In this document: in pieces, positions 18,954 to 29,124 of the stretch
How the letters are laid out: each line of letters begins with the position of its first letter
Numbering within the stretch: the first letter of the stretch is position 1
Origin: a virus
Length of the DNA stretch: 64,000 nucleotides
Virus record (IMG/VR): IMGVR_UViG_3300025684_000012
Direction: 5' to 3' (one strand)
Position numbers and translations under genes: made by a program
Notes under the pieces: model-generated
What the model was told of the DNA's origin: nothing
Database searches by the model: none
What the model saw: the letters and a program-made list of their open reading frames with translations, nothing else

Positions 18954-19109
18954 TATAGCTTTCCCTCTTTTCTCATTTGCGCACTATATGTTATTATAAA
19001 TACACCCATTAGCCAACGCTCGACGAGTACGTAATAATCATAGTATACCCGGATTGGCTACAGGTATACCATACTACATGACTCCTGTTTAGTCAACAAA
19101 TTAATTTGA

Positions 19110-19117
19110 TATAAATA
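19110..19117 (+). promoter_or_regulatory. Late promoter TATAAATA (second copy at 18995-19002)
   Basis: Exact consensus just upstream of ORF 19123. Confidence 0.7.
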
Positions 19118-19122
19118 AAAGC

Positions 19123-19377
19123 ATGACAAATGAACTATTCGATTTCGGCTTCACGTTAGTCGATGAGCACGATCTTGAGTCTGTCCAACAGATGGGAGAG
19201 CTGCAGTCGACGGCTGATGACGTACAGAATCGGCTTGATAGTCTCTATGACGCTATACAGCCATTGCTAGCAAACTTAAAGGATGCTCCTGAAAAGGATT
19301 ACATCTTATGGCCAAACCGTTTAGAGAAGATCGAACAGTTTGAAGAATATATTCTTAAAATCTACCAAGGGAAATAA
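19123..19377 (+). CDS. Conserved hypothetical protein
   Basis: FDFGFT.VDE..L, I.PLL.NL...PEK.YI.WPNR. Confidence 0.7.
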   Translation: MTNELFDFGFTLVDEHDLESVQQMGELQSTADDVQNRLDSLYDAIQPLLANLKDAPEKDYILWPNRLEKIEQFEEYILKIYQGK

Positions 19378-19382
19378 CACTA

Positions 19383-20249
19383 ATGTTTTTCAACCTACTA
19401 AATGAAAAAATTCTGCGGGATACTTCTGATGGTCACGTATATCAGTACGTACAATCTCAAGAGAAAGAACAGATCGCCCGCCGGTTAAATGGACAATTGA
19501 AAGCTGAGCTGAATGAGCACAGTATTCGTCTTATTCACACAACACCAGATGTTAACGTTATAGAGGAAGCTCTCAACCGAGCTCCTATGTATCTGAATGC
19601 CATTAAAAATAGAGGCTATCAAAGCATATTGTTTGTCGGTCACTTTAATGCCGACGTACCTTCGTGGGTATTGCCAATCGGTCATGACCGCATCCCTGAT
19701 GCAGTGACCCCTGAGCGCGCTCAACTAGCTAATGCTGCTGACACGAATGTTGTATTCCAATTCTTACCAATTGTCGCTAAGATGTATGGGTACAAGGGCG
19801 AGTTTTGTTACACATCACCAGACCCTGTCAGACACCGCGGTGTAATGCACACTCTGTATAATAACAACGGTTTGCGTGAAGGTTTGATTAAGTGTACAAA
19901 CCAATACCGACATGGTATGCCTGCTGCTGAGCTTGAATTGAACATGGCGCCAGGTCCAAGGTTCGATGCTGTAGTATTCCTTGGTGTACCTAAAAATCAG
20001 GGTGAGGACTTCAGTGCTGACGAAGTTCGTCAGGTATTTGCTCCATACTGTGTAGAAGGATTTGATATGGTCGATCTGTACTACGGTGCACCTGACCTAG
20101 GCAGATTTATCGGTGGTGAGTTAAAGGATACTAACGCCGATGTAGGTGTTGCTTGGACGACTCGGGCTCAGTGGGAAGAAAACTTCCAGGCTGACGGTGG
20201 TCGACCTGAAGAGCATGATATCTTCAAACGCACATTCAAAGTATACTAG
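19383..20249 (+). CDS. Hypothetical protein (288 aa)
   Basis: Long ORF followed by terminator. Confidence 0.7.
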   Translation: MFFNLLNEKILRDTSDGHVYQYVQSQEKEQIARRLNGQLKAELNEHSIRLIHTTPDVNVIEEALNRAPMYLNAIKNRGYQSILFVGHFNADVPSWVLPIGHDRIPDAVTPERAQLANAADTNVVFQFLPIVAKMYGYKGEFCYTSPDPVRHRGVMHTLYNNNGLREGLIKCTNQYRHGMPAAELELNMAPGPRFDAVVFLGVPKNQGEDFSADEVRQVFAPYCVEGFDMVDLYYGAPDLGRFIGGELKDTNADVGVAWTTRAQWEENFQADGGRPEEHDIFKRTFKVY

Positions 20250-20256
20250 TAATAAG

Positions 20257-20281
20257 AAGGGGACATAAAGTCCCCTTTTTT
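20257..20281 (+). terminator. Intrinsic terminator
   Basis: AAGGGGAC-ATAAA-GTCCCCTT followed by a T-run. Confidence 0.85.
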
Positions 20282-20419
20282 ATATTAAGAATAAAATTAT
20301 TCCTATCACCCCAGACCAAACCAGCACGTTTGGGTATATGCTCCAGACCATTGTAAAGTCTTTGTACGTATCGGATACGAATTTTTTTGTGTTATACATA
20401 ATTGAATTCAAATCAAACT

Positions 20420-21055
20420 TCATTGCTCGCTCTCCATCACAATAACCTTAACATTATCAGCAGCTTTAAATTTTAAGCCGTTATGACTATGATACACGAA
20501 AAACTGTACTTTGTCAAACTCTCTGAAGAACTTATTCCAAATTGGTCTCCAGTTACTTGCCATACGATGTGTGTTTAACGGACTACGATCGCTCTCTAGA
20601 AAGGTATCTGTGTGACTCTTGAGATTCATGTCAAACATAGAGTCAAAGCCGTATAAATGCACCTCAGTCGCCTTCATGGACCGGCATGCATAATCAACAG
20701 CCATGTGGCCGCAACTGTAGTTAGTACCTGCCTGAGCCAATGTATGGCCGGGTAGTTGAGCGTATGTGGGGATGTGGGTATGAAACCCCTTAATGTTCTG
20801 TGAATACTTTAAGTAAAATGTTGGCTGCATCTCCATCCACTTTCGTGGGCGAGTACCCAGTACCCAGTCGTACTGACCCAGGTTGCTCTTTCCTTCTTGC
20901 AGAGCCTTCATCATTTTGAAGTCTACCATACAGGTGGCATATACTTCTTCGGAAGTAAAATCGATGGGCGGCATATTGCACACTAGCAATTTTCCTTCGG
21001 TCCCACGTTCGAACAGCTTCCAGTGATCACCGTTGCCTAAAATATTTACTCTCAT
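20420..21055 (-). CDS. Putative GT29/Maf(MptE)-like glycosyltransferase-fold protein
   Basis: ILGNG N-terminal motif; SCG..AV..A.......VHLYGFD motif seen in sialyltransferase/Maf-like folds. Confidence 0.5.
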   Translation of the reverse strand: MRVNILGNGDHWKLFERGTEGKLLVCNMPPIDFTSEEVYATCMVDFKMMKALQEGKSNLGQYDWVLGTRPRKWMEMQPTFYLKYSQNIKGFHTHIPTYAQLPGHTLAQAGTNYSCGHMAVDYACRSMKATEVHLYGFDSMFDMNLKSHTDTFLESDRSPLNTHRMASNWRPIWNKFFREFDKVQFFVYHSHNGLKFKAADNVKVIVMESEQ

Positions 21056-21435
21056 TATCTAATCCCATCTTTGTGGAAGGACCCATATACACAATGCACT
21101 AATTCGTGTCCCCACGTAGTCAATTCTTTATAGTCTTTGGCACCGTTCGGTTCTACTACATATATAGTGCAGTGGTTCATCACCGATTGGTCGTTTTTAT
21201 TTAGTGACCACAACGCTAGCCCTTGTACTTGCTCATCTCTGGTGAGTAATTTTTGGCTGTGGATGTAGTTATTCAGTGCGCGCTCACTATCAAACACCAT
21301 TACAGTAATTGGGAATTGTTTGCCGCTATAGTCGTGAGTCTTGACTAATTCGGGACCGCGCGCGTTATTATCACACGACAATAGGGTAACCGCGAGCAGC
21401 AGTACCGCTGCTAGTTTAATAATACTTGACTGCAT
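21055..21435 (-). CDS. Lipoprotein with HExxH zinc-binding motif
   Basis: Signal peptide with LLSC lipobox; WGHELVHC. Confidence 0.65.
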   Translation of the reverse strand: MQSSIIKLAAVLLLAVTLLSCDNNARGPELVKTHDYSGKQFPITVMVFDSERALNNYIHSQKLLTRDEQVQGLALWSLNKNDQSVMNHCTIYVVEPNGAKDYKELTTWGHELVHCVYGSFHKDGIR

Positions 21436-21748
21436 ATCCTTCCTCTACCAGCAGATCGTTAATATTCATACCCCCGTACATTATTTCGCCTAGGATTCTT
21501 CCGTACTTCCCTTGCTTGTGAGTTTTGATCTGGATAGTTGATCCTACCGCTACAATTTTTTCACAGTACTCCTTCGCTTCCAAGCCTCTGCGTTTCTCTT
21601 CAAGGTCCCTAGTGCGAGACTCAGGAGCATCAATACCGAATAGACGGACGCGCTTGTTATGAAGAACAATATCAAAGCCAAGATCAATATCAACGTCAAC
21701 AGTATCCCCGTCAACCCAACGGTTAACCTTTGCAGTATACACATACAT
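21416..21748 (-). CDS. Thermonuclease (SNase-like)
   Basis: VDGDTVD, RVRLFGIDAPE, GKYGRIL. Confidence 0.9.
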   Translation of the reverse strand: MYVYTAKVNRWVDGDTVDVDIDLGFDIVLHNKRVRLFGIDAPESRTRDLEEKRRGLEAKEYCEKIVAVGSTIQIKTHKQGKYGRILGEIMYGGMNINDLLVEEGYAVKYY

Positions 21749-21753
21749 ATCTA

Positions 21754-21954
21754 CTAACCCAAATATTTTGAGATAATCTCAAGCTGGTCTTCATATTCTG
21801 AAATTGCCTTTAGCTCGATCTCAATAGCCCCAATAATATCCGGATGCTCTCCAATACCAACAGGATTGTTTAGATAAACCTCAATATTAGCCAGATGTTT
21901 ATCGATGTGTCCTTTCGCATGAGACTGTACAGCTTTAATTATACGCTCTCTCAT
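21754..21954 (-). CDS. Conserved hypothetical protein
   Basis: N.EVYL.NPVGIGEHPDI motif. Confidence 0.7.
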   Translation of the reverse strand: MRERIIKAVQSHAKGHIDKHLANIEVYLNNPVGIGEHPDIIGAIEIELKAISEYEDQLEIISKYLG

Positions 21955-22439
21955 TTTTTACCATCCACTGTCATGACCTGTACTGTGCGTGCCTTTTCTA
22001 CTGCTCTAGATCCAAACCAGAACGATATAATGGCAGCAAATATTGCTTGGGTATTATCGTCCCACACGATCTGTATAGCTCTACCCAATTCCATCCCACC
22101 GTCAATAGCGCTCATTAGAATGGTATATTCAACCATTGCAAATACAATAAAAAACGCGTATGTAATAACTGGTCTAACTGATCGCTGTAGCCCCGAGATG
22201 AAGCCTGTGTGTTGAGATATGGTCGTATCATGTAACAGCAGAGCCTTCTGCTCCTCATGTAGCCCCATCTCTTGAAATTTTCTGATCTCGTGGTCGTATC
22301 CAGATTTTTGTAACTGGAACATCCTCTCCATCTTTTCGAGCTCAAACTTCTGGTTTTGTTTACTTTTAAAGTGGTCAGTAATAGCAGGTACTACAGACGA
22401 CCCAAACCCAAGCAGAGATCCTATTAAACTACTAAGCAT
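21951..22439 (-). CDS. Putative holin (3TM / GTA-type)
   Basis: SVRPVITY and IISFWFGSR motifs with TM segments. Confidence 0.65.
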   Translation of the reverse strand: MLSSLIGSLLGFGSSVVPAITDHFKSKQNQKFELEKMERMFQLQKSGYDHEIRKFQEMGLHEEQKALLLHDTTISQHTGFISGLQRSVRPVITYAFFIVFAMVEYTILMSAIDGGMELGRAIQIVWDDNTQAIFAAIISFWFGSRAVEKARTVQVMTVDGKK

Positions 22440-22447
22440 AATAACTC

Positions 22448-23122
22448 CTATCTCCAGTGATTTCGTATCCACGATTGTGGCATGTATTTATCTCTGGCGG
22501 TTGCAACAATTTCTGATATAGATTGGACTATACTAGGTCTACCATGAAAGCAGATTATAGAAGCCCCATCAATATTATCAGGGTATACTTGATACTTATA
22601 AGATTTTATCTCGGACGGATATAATGATTGTAGAAGGTCGCGCTTGGTTACCGTAGCGTTTAAATATTCACCATCCCCTCTGTAGGTTTTGGTGATCGTC
22701 TCGCGCGCGAGAAAGAATGTAGTCCATATCCAACTAGCGGACTGAGCATCAAAGCAAAGAATTCCGCTTTGCAGCCTACCTTTCAAATGAGCTTGATGTG
22801 GGTTTACACAACCCAAGTCCTCTATACCAGCAAACGATCCTTTATACGAAAGAAGCCAGTCTATGTTATCCACAATCAACGTGTCCAGATCTAGGTAGAC
22901 AACCTGTCCATCTAATCTACCATCAAACAGCTGCAGTTTATTCCACCAACCAGCTAAGCCCTGATTAAGTACCACAGTATCTATACCTGGCAATAACCTA
23001 TCCGAGAAGCACACAAACTTATGGTCAACCGTACTATTACGCTGTACAGAAGACTTGAGATTGTACACATAATCTGGGGAGAATTTATCTCCCCATAACA
23101 CGCAGGCAACCGTAACCATCAC
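22448..23122 (-). CDS. Glycosyltransferase (GT-A, DxD)
   Basis: CVLWGDKF..DYV, GWWNKLQLF, YLDLDT, GD..YL, ICFHGRP. Confidence 0.8.
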   Translation of the reverse strand: MMVTVACVLWGDKFSPDYVYNLKSSVQRNSTVDHKFVCFSDRLLPGIDTVVLNQGLAGWWNKLQLFDGRLDGQVVYLDLDTLIVDNIDWLLSYKGSFAGIEDLGCVNPHQAHLKGRLQSGILCFDAQSASWIWTTFFLARETITKTYRGDGEYLNATVTKRDLLQSLYPSEIKSYKYQVYPDNIDGASIICFHGRPSIVQSISEIVATARDKYMPQSWIRNHWR

Positions 23123-23769
23123 TGCTCCAAATATTCAAAGTCGGAACTGAAGTTGTGCTTAGCTAAGCATCCCTGGATTTTCTGAACCGTGCTGTATGAG
23201 TCATCAGCATACGCACACCACGGATAATATTCTTGCAGCCACTCAAATCGTCGCTTACTTAAAAATACATCCGGTGTACAAGCATCCGCTTTTGCTGATT
23301 CACACAGTACGCGTGCTCCAGCAGGGGTCACTATGTATGCATGTGCTCCTGGGAAGTGAGCTTTTGAGGTCAACTCTCCCCAACCCAATTGGCTTGGATT
23401 GGTGTACTTACCATAAGAAGGCTTGCCAATTGAACCAACGAACATCGGTAGCGTTTGAGGTAGAGGGGCGTTGATTACCGCATCATGCTCAAATATTGCA
23501 TATGGCTCGTTGTGGTTCATACACGACATCCACAGTGTGTAGTGTGATAGGAAGCATGCTAGAACATTATCCCACTTCGAATAATAGTTAGAGAAGTTGC
23601 TCGTTGTAATCCCTTCGCGTTTATAGATAGATTCCACAGCGTGTGTGTCAGGTGTGATAGCATCAAACTTTTGTATATCGACGCCATATACCACACCCGA
23701 CTCGATACAGCGATCCGCACTACGCTGAGATTTAGCGTGGCCGGGTATAGCAATTACGAAACATTTCAT
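23119..23769 (-). CDS. Glycosyltransferase family 25
   Basis: ACFLSHY.LW..C......AIFEHDA, GAHAYIVTP.GA..L. Confidence 0.85.
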   Translation of the reverse strand: MKCFVIAIPGHAKSQRSADRCIESGVVYGVDIQKFDAITPDTHAVESIYKREGITTSNFSNYYSKWDNVLACFLSHYTLWMSCMNHNEPYAIFEHDAVINAPLPQTLPMFVGSIGKPSYGKYTNPSQLGWGELTSKAHFPGAHAYIVTPAGARVLCESAKADACTPDVFLSKRRFEWLQEYYPWCAYADDSYSTVQKIQGCLAKHNFSSDFEYLEQ

Positions 23770-23771
23770 CT

Positions 23772-24038
23772 TTAATCAAATATCAACTTAATGTCATCGT
23801 AGTCAACGACCGCGCATTGCACCCCATCGAGCTCAACAGCGATCGCTTTACCCCAATCAAACATAATTACATCACCAGCCTTTAGAGTATTTTTTTGAGC
23901 AATTTCAATACTCATTCCGATCACTTGAGCTGGTTTATGACCAGATGGCTTAACAGCGGACAATATAAGACCACTGGCTGTGGTGGTTTCCTGTTCCTTT
24001 TGTTGAGTTACCAAAACATTATTATGTAAAACTCTCAT
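23772..24038 (-). CDS. groES: GroES-like co-chaperonin
   Basis: L.NNVLV, TTASGLIL, LKAGD, DI..I. Confidence 0.8.
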   Translation of the reverse strand: MRVLHNNVLVTQQKEQETTTASGLILSAVKPSGHKPAQVIGMSIEIAQKNTLKAGDVIMFDWGKAIAVELDGVQCAVVDYDDIKLIFD

Positions 24039-24092
24039 TCATTAGATTCCTGCAAAGTAGATAAAGTCTGCTTTTATATATTCAGACTGTAA

Positions 24093-25079
24093 CTATCGGT
24101 AGTCTTCTAACGAGAAATCTGTTCCATGCATTTTGTGTAAATCGCGGTCATGGTTGCTGTATACCAATGTCTCTGGATCGTCTATCAGGAAGTCGCACGT
24201 CTTACAGTAGTCGGGATAATCTCCGGTACGGTGTCCTTCTCTCAGGGCTTCATACTCTTCACCAAAGAAGATATCTATTACACTCTCTTCAGAGGCATGA
24301 CCTAACACGGCGTTTTCATCTTGACCTAATACCTGGCAGCATGGATGTACGGCACCAGTCTTACCCTTTTCCATACCACCAGCACGAATAACTAAGTCTG
24401 GTGAGAATGGGCGACCACAGGTTTTAATTCCACCAGCTCGAGCATTGTCTCCGATGTCATATACTCCAGACCAGTTGTGCATCTTCCAGATCTCAGTCTT
24501 AACGCCCAGTTCATCAACAAGCGCTTTGTACCGACTGAGTTCCTGGTCAATGTTACTATTATCTGTAATAAGGTGATACGTAGCTACGACACAGCTAGAT
24601 CCGGTTTCCTCAACATACGCCACCATTTCTTTAATATTCTGTTTAATTTTTTCGTACGCACCACCGATGCTGTTATACATCCACTTAGAATAATCTTCCC
24701 CAGTAGAGCCGATGAACGAAAATCGATAGAAATCTAATCCAGCATCAACACAATCTCTCATGTACTGCCCTTCCATCTTAAACCCATTAGAGAATATAAA
24801 TGCTTGAGCGTCATACTTCTTAACAACTTTAATGTACTCAGGTAAGTTCTTCGCCATCGTAGCTTCACCCGATCCATCCAAGTTTACTACACGCAATCCG
24901 TATTGAGCACAATCCGCCACATACCTTTCGAATTCGTCTAGCTTCATGATGCGGCGGAAACGCTTATCACGTCCGCCCTCTCGCAAATCTTGAGGGCACA
25001 TTGAGCATGAGTAGTTACATCCCCCAGCAACCTCAATAACGGCTCGATCGATGTGAAAGTTCTCTCTATTCATTTCCAT
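24093..25079 (-). CDS. Radical SAM / SPASM-twitch domain protein
   Basis: CNYSCSMC; C-terminal CGRPF..PCC..CKTC. Confidence 0.9.
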   Translation of the reverse strand: MEMNRENFHIDRAVIEVAGGCNYSCSMCPQDLREGGRDKRFRRIMKLDEFERYVADCAQYGLRVVNLDGSGEATMAKNLPEYIKVVKKYDAQAFIFSNGFKMEGQYMRDCVDAGLDFYRFSFIGSTGEDYSKWMYNSIGGAYEKIKQNIKEMVAYVEETGSSCVVATYHLITDNSNIDQELSRYKALVDELGVKTEIWKMHNWSGVYDIGDNARAGGIKTCGRPFSPDLVIRAGGMEKGKTGAVHPCCQVLGQDENAVLGHASEESVIDIFFGEEYEALREGHRTGDYPDYCKTCDFLIDDPETLVYSNHDRDLHKMHGTDFSLEDYR

Positions 25080-25938
25080 AACGAATCCTCATATCCTGTT
25101 CATAGTTTATTGCTTTGGTTTTAGTGTGACCCAGAAAGTCTGAAAAATTGTCCATCCACCACCATATGTTCATGTGTTCCGTATCTATCGGGTGGACACG
25201 AACGGCATTAGGTGTATGGTATAGGGTGACGCCTTCTGGGCTAATAACTGCTGTGGGTCTTGCAAAGTTTTTTGCTACGTAGTGCCACATACCATCATAA
25301 CATATACACAAGCGCGCTGTTGATATTAGATACATAGCTTCTCGTATAGGTGTGCGGTATGTTATCTCCTGGACATCAAATCCATTCTCTCTCAACTCAG
25401 TCATCAGCATACCCCAATCTCTAGCCGTAAATAAGCGTTTCCAGGTTCTTGGAGCTTCAGCGTTGAATACTGGTGTCCACACCACTATACGCTTGGTATT
25501 TGTAGGCTGAAAGGAACTCTTCCGGAAAATATAATTGTTGTCTGGTACGGGAGTACCGTCATTATCATCATAAGCACCAGACTCAAACCAGAATCTATTC
25601 TTAGGGGAGTTCCCCGATCTAGCGGTAACTCGTGAGCGGCCGTCCTCTATAACAACATCATCAGCATACTTCCAATCAGTATACCGGCCGGTTGAATTGA
25701 ATACGTGGACAACTGTCACCCTTTCCTTGTCTACATAGAAATTGTGAAGATAGTTCATGCGCTCGATAATGGTTTCCGGGTCTTCATAGTGATGGTAGTA
25801 ATCCTCACCATGTTCCCAGTGCATCTCGAGCTCTATTTTTACACCCTCGCGTTGGGCATATGCGTGACAGGAGTTAAGCGCCCACATAACGTCGCCAACA
25901 CCTGGTGTGCCACGCCAACTCACCTTTTCAATTTTCAT
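25066..25938 (-). CDS. Putative GT-B glycosyltransferase (GT9-like)
   Basis: GVGD N-terminal motif; ICYDGMWHYVA resembles GT9 DSG..H.A. Confidence 0.55.
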   Translation of the reverse strand: MKIEKVSWRGTPGVGDVMWALNSCHAYAQREGVKIELEMHWEHGEDYYHHYEDPETIIERMNYLHNFYVDKERVTVVHVFNSTGRYTDWKYADDVVIEDGRSRVTARSGNSPKNRFWFESGAYDDNDGTPVPDNNYIFRKSSFQPTNTKRIVVWTPVFNAEAPRTWKRLFTARDWGMLMTELRENGFDVQEITYRTPIREAMYLISTARLCICYDGMWHYVAKNFARPTAVISPEGVTLYHTPNAVRVHPIDTEHMNIWWWMDNFSDFLGHTKTKAINYEQDMRIRYGNE

Positions 25939-25939
25939 A

Positions 25940-26290
25940 CTAACCCTGTGTGAGTTTCTTTATTTGTCTACCGGAACCTGTGTTAGCATATAACCCAAAC
26001 CAAGCAGCACCAGCACCAACTACTACCGAGATCAAACCTGCTTGAGCTGTGTTTGGATCTGGTAGTGTCATAAACCAGTTAACGGTTTGATATAATATAA
26101 CGATGTATGTGGTGATAAATGCTCTTGGGAAGATTCGCCAAGCATCTACAGCTTCAGCCAGGTCAAGTAGCGCTTGGTATCTATTTCCTAGTATTTGTTT
26201 TTGCGTGGTGTCGAATTCAACTTCCAGCGCGATTTTCTTTTTAATCGTTGCCGTTGGCTGTATTGGTTGTTGTAGTACTTCTTCAGTCAT
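25940..26290 (-). CDS. Membrane protein (2 TM)
   Basis: DAWRIFPR, WFM.L.DP...QAG..SVVVGAGAAWFGLY. Confidence 0.7.
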   Translation of the reverse strand: MTEEVLQQPIQPTATIKKKIALEVEFDTTQKQILGNRYQALLDLAEAVDAWRIFPRAFITTYIVILYQTVNWFMTLPDPNTAQAGLISVVVGAGAAWFGLYANTGSGRQIKKLTQG

Positions 26291-26291
26291 A

Positions 26292-27815
26292 TCAAAACAC
26301 CTTTACTTCATATTTTTGTTCCCACAACTCCGCGTCGTGCTCATCGTTAACCATAGGGCGGCCACGAATATTTAGTGAGGTATTAAGTAGCATAGGAACG
26401 CCTGTTCGTTCGTAGTATTCTTCGATCACCTTGCGAAAGACTGATTCACAGTCCTTCTTAACGATTTGAACACGAGCGGTACCATCTACATGAGTCACTG
26501 GTGCATAGTCGTGTTTAGCGACAGAAGTGAACTGCATATACTCGTTCATCGGGCCATCGAAGTATTCGCTAGCGAACTCTTCTAACACTGCAGGAGCGAA
26601 CGGACGATACTTCTGTCGACGTTTGATGGTATTAACCGTGTCTTGCACATCATACCTAACATCAGCAATCAGGGATCGATTGCCAAGAGCGCGAGGACCA
26701 AACTCAGCGCGACCATTAGCGATTCCGCAATATTTGTGTTGGAGAAGATGATCGACAACTTCTCGAGGATTAATTTCTCTATCAATGTTGTATCCACAGT
26801 ACGGACTCCATATAAGTTTATCATTGCCAGTTGCCTTTGCCCATGTCATAGCAGCAGTTCCTAGACCAGAGCCTGCATCAGTCGGGGATACTGCAATATG
26901 AACTTCGTCAAACAACTCGAATAAGCGAGAGTTGATAACAACGTTCTGAGCACAACCACCCGAATAGCATAGCTTCTTACCGTATTTAGCTGCTTCAGTC
27001 ATGATCTGCATAATTGCATAATCAGCGAAGTCCTGTGTTGCTCGAGCAGCAACTTTGTCTTCTACAGCATTAACCTTTGCCCGCAACTCCTCACGGAATA
27101 CTACGCGATCCTTTTCTCGTTGAGATTTCTCGATGTCCCCTACAGCAATCCCATACGCTACTTCAGGGGCTAGAGTAGATAGATCTTCCCACCAGTCAAT
27201 CAACCAATCGGTGATAGCCTTTGATTCTGGGCATGTTTCTTGGTAGGCAGATAACCCCATAACAACATATTCATCTTCGAGTGGACGTAAGCCCAAGAAT
27301 TTAGTTACGGTAGTATAAACGAGACCAACGGATTTAGGATAGTGCCACTCTTTGATTAGGTTGAAGTTGGAGTCCATAATCGTAGCACATTGGAGCTCTC
27401 CAACACCATCAATAGACACTAGCACAGTGTCGTGTTTGTCGTCCCATGGACGCGTATAGAACGCAGCTGCGCAATGAGATTCGTGGTGCTTGTGCTTAGC
27501 GTCGTATACAAGTGACTCTGGCACTACAACGCGGGAAAACCCTTCCTCCGCATCCCGAGGTTTGTTATTAACAACCTTACTGATGTCGCCTTTGACCCCA
27601 GCGCCCCCACGCATATCAAACTTCACTGTATGATCTTCGTAGAATGAAACGTGGTCTTTGTCCGAAACCATATCCCATAGCTCATCGGGAATAAGGGGGT
27701 CGTTTTTCTTCTTAGAGTACCGTTCGCCGTGAGTAGCAAACTCAACCTGACCGCTCTGATTTATTATCGCGAAGCCTGAGTCATGATAATGTTCACTGAA
27801 ACCTACATATTTCAT
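26292..27815 (-). CDS. O-carbamoyltransferase (NodU/CmcH family)
   Basis: HDS, ERYS..K.D, HH.SH, DGVGE, VMGLSAY, GG.A.N...NS, EFGPRALGNRSL, RPFAP, HVDGTARVQ, LNTSLN. Confidence 0.93.
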   Translation of the reverse strand: MKYVGFSEHYHDSGFAIINQSGQVEFATHGERYSKKKNDPLIPDELWDMVSDKDHVSFYEDHTVKFDMRGGAGVKGDISKVVNNKPRDAEEGFSRVVVPESLVYDAKHKHHESHCAAAFYTRPWDDKHDTVLVSIDGVGELQCATIMDSNFNLIKEWHYPKSVGLVYTTVTKFLGLRPLEDEYVVMGLSAYQETCPESKAITDWLIDWWEDLSTLAPEVAYGIAVGDIEKSQREKDRVVFREELRAKVNAVEDKVAARATQDFADYAIMQIMTEAAKYGKKLCYSGGCAQNVVINSRLFELFDEVHIAVSPTDAGSGLGTAAMTWAKATGNDKLIWSPYCGYNIDREINPREVVDHLLQHKYCGIANGRAEFGPRALGNRSLIADVRYDVQDTVNTIKRRQKYRPFAPAVLEEFASEYFDGPMNEYMQFTSVAKHDYAPVTHVDGTARVQIVKKDCESVFRKVIEEYYERTGVPMLLNTSLNIRGRPMVNDEHDAELWEQKYEVKVF

Positions 27816-27859
27816 TGTTCACCATATTTTATAGAATTAATATTGATTTAGGTGAACAA

Positions 27860-27867
27860 TATTTATA
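27860..27867 (-). promoter_or_regulatory. Late promoter TATAAATA heading the carbamoyltransferase/glycosyltransferase operon
   Basis: Exact consensus 45 nt upstream of the carbamoyltransferase ATG. Confidence 0.75.
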
Positions 27868-27873
27868 CCCGAT

Positions 27874-28449
27874 TTAACTTCCTGTGATATATTCGTACAC
27901 AGCTTTCCAGTTGCTACAACGGGGGATGGTGTCGTGTTTATTGTAAACGTGTTCCATCAACAAAGGCTCGAGACCGAATTTAGCACCCGTCTCAGCGTTA
28001 GCAACAACGTCTTCGATCCAGATACATCCAGTGTCCTTATACTTGATTAGCTCTTCATCTTTATCAGCTCCAGTATCCAAGTATATGAACTTCTCGAATG
28101 CTGTACGGCCAAACAATTCAAGCAAGTTCTTGTTACGTAGATACTGAGCGTACGTATCAGTACTTAGGGAGGTGATGGCGTGAAACACATACCCATGCTC
28201 CTCATGCAGTTTACGTACATACTTGATGGCGTCCTTGTGAGGGGGCAGCTTTCGGATCTGAGCGGATTCGTTGAACATACGAACAAACATCCGGCCGGTT
28301 TTCTTATCCAGGTTGTATCGTTCGCCAACGTTATACACATCCGGATTCTTTAACTCAAACCCATGACGGGCCATCCATTGTTCAAAAGCATATCCCCAAT
28401 CTAATAGGACGCCATCACAATCTACTAAAATTACTTTATCTCTATTCAT
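27874..28449 (-). CDS. HAD-family 5'(3')-deoxyribonucleotidase
   Basis: LVDCDGVLLDW, ITS, WIED. Confidence 0.8.
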   Translation of the reverse strand: MNRDKVILVDCDGVLLDWGYAFEQWMARHGFELKNPDVYNVGERYNLDKKTGRMFVRMFNESAQIRKLPPHKDAIKYVRKLHEEHGYVFHAITSLSTDTYAQYLRNKNLLELFGRTAFEKFIYLDTGADKDEELIKYKDTGCIWIEDVVANAETGAKFGLEPLLMEHVYNKHDTIPRCSNWKAVYEYITGS

Positions 28450-28472
28450 TCAATACTCTCTTTCATACTATA

Positions 28473-28664
28473 TTAATAATCGCCTTCGCGAACTCCCAAC
28501 ATTATACAATAAACTTCACTGGAAGTATACCCTAAATTTTCCAATTCAGTTTTCAACCCAGACCAGTCAGGGTTTTCGCTCTCGTATATGTAATACCGGA
28601 CCGCGGCTTGCATGTATTGCTCTTTTCTATCCAACCCTTTCACCGAACTCTCACTCATATTCAT
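28473..28664 (-). CDS. Hypothetical protein
   Basis: Abutting ORF in early cluster. Confidence 0.55.
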   Translation of the reverse strand: MNMSESSVKGLDRKEQYMQAAVRYYIYESENPDWSGLKTELENLGYTSSEVYCIMLGVREGDY

Positions 28665-29092
28665 TACGCTGCCTCTTCCGTTTCCACATAGCTGATATTG
28701 CTCTTGCCATCAGCATCCTGCAACCAAGTGCGAAAACCAATAACACGGTTGCTCATATCGTAACTCTTTTGATCTCGAACGCACTCTAGAACACCATTCT
28801 CTAGAGTGGCGTAGATAGCAGTGTCCCACTCCTCAACTACCCGATCAGGATCAAAGCAGACATCATCCACCAAATTCTCGCCAATGATATACTCCTCAGA
28901 ATAATCAGAGCGGTGTGCAATGCAACGACCCACAGCGGCATAGAAGCCAGCGTCCATCGCCTGTTGCAGAGTACACTCGACAACGTAGGTGTCACCACCT
29001 TTGTTCTTCCAGTACTGCGGGCACAAACCCTTGCCGTCCCAATCGTGGGCACCGTAGTTCTCGCGGAATTGTGTGTGGATAACTAATTTCAT
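28664..29092 (-). CDS. Conserved hypothetical early protein
   Basis: TQ..ENYGAHDWDG.G.CPQYWK.KGG motif; GGAG RBS. Confidence 0.7.
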   Translation of the reverse strand: MKLVIHTQFRENYGAHDWDGKGLCPQYWKNKGGDTYVVECTLQQAMDAGFYAAVGRCIAHRSDYSEEYIIGENLVDDVCFDPDRVVEEWDTAIYATLENGVLECVRDQKSYDMSNRVIGFRTWLQDADGKSNISYVETEEAA

Positions 29093-29124
29093 AATTTTTA
29101 CTCCAGTCTCTTTGAGTTTGATTG

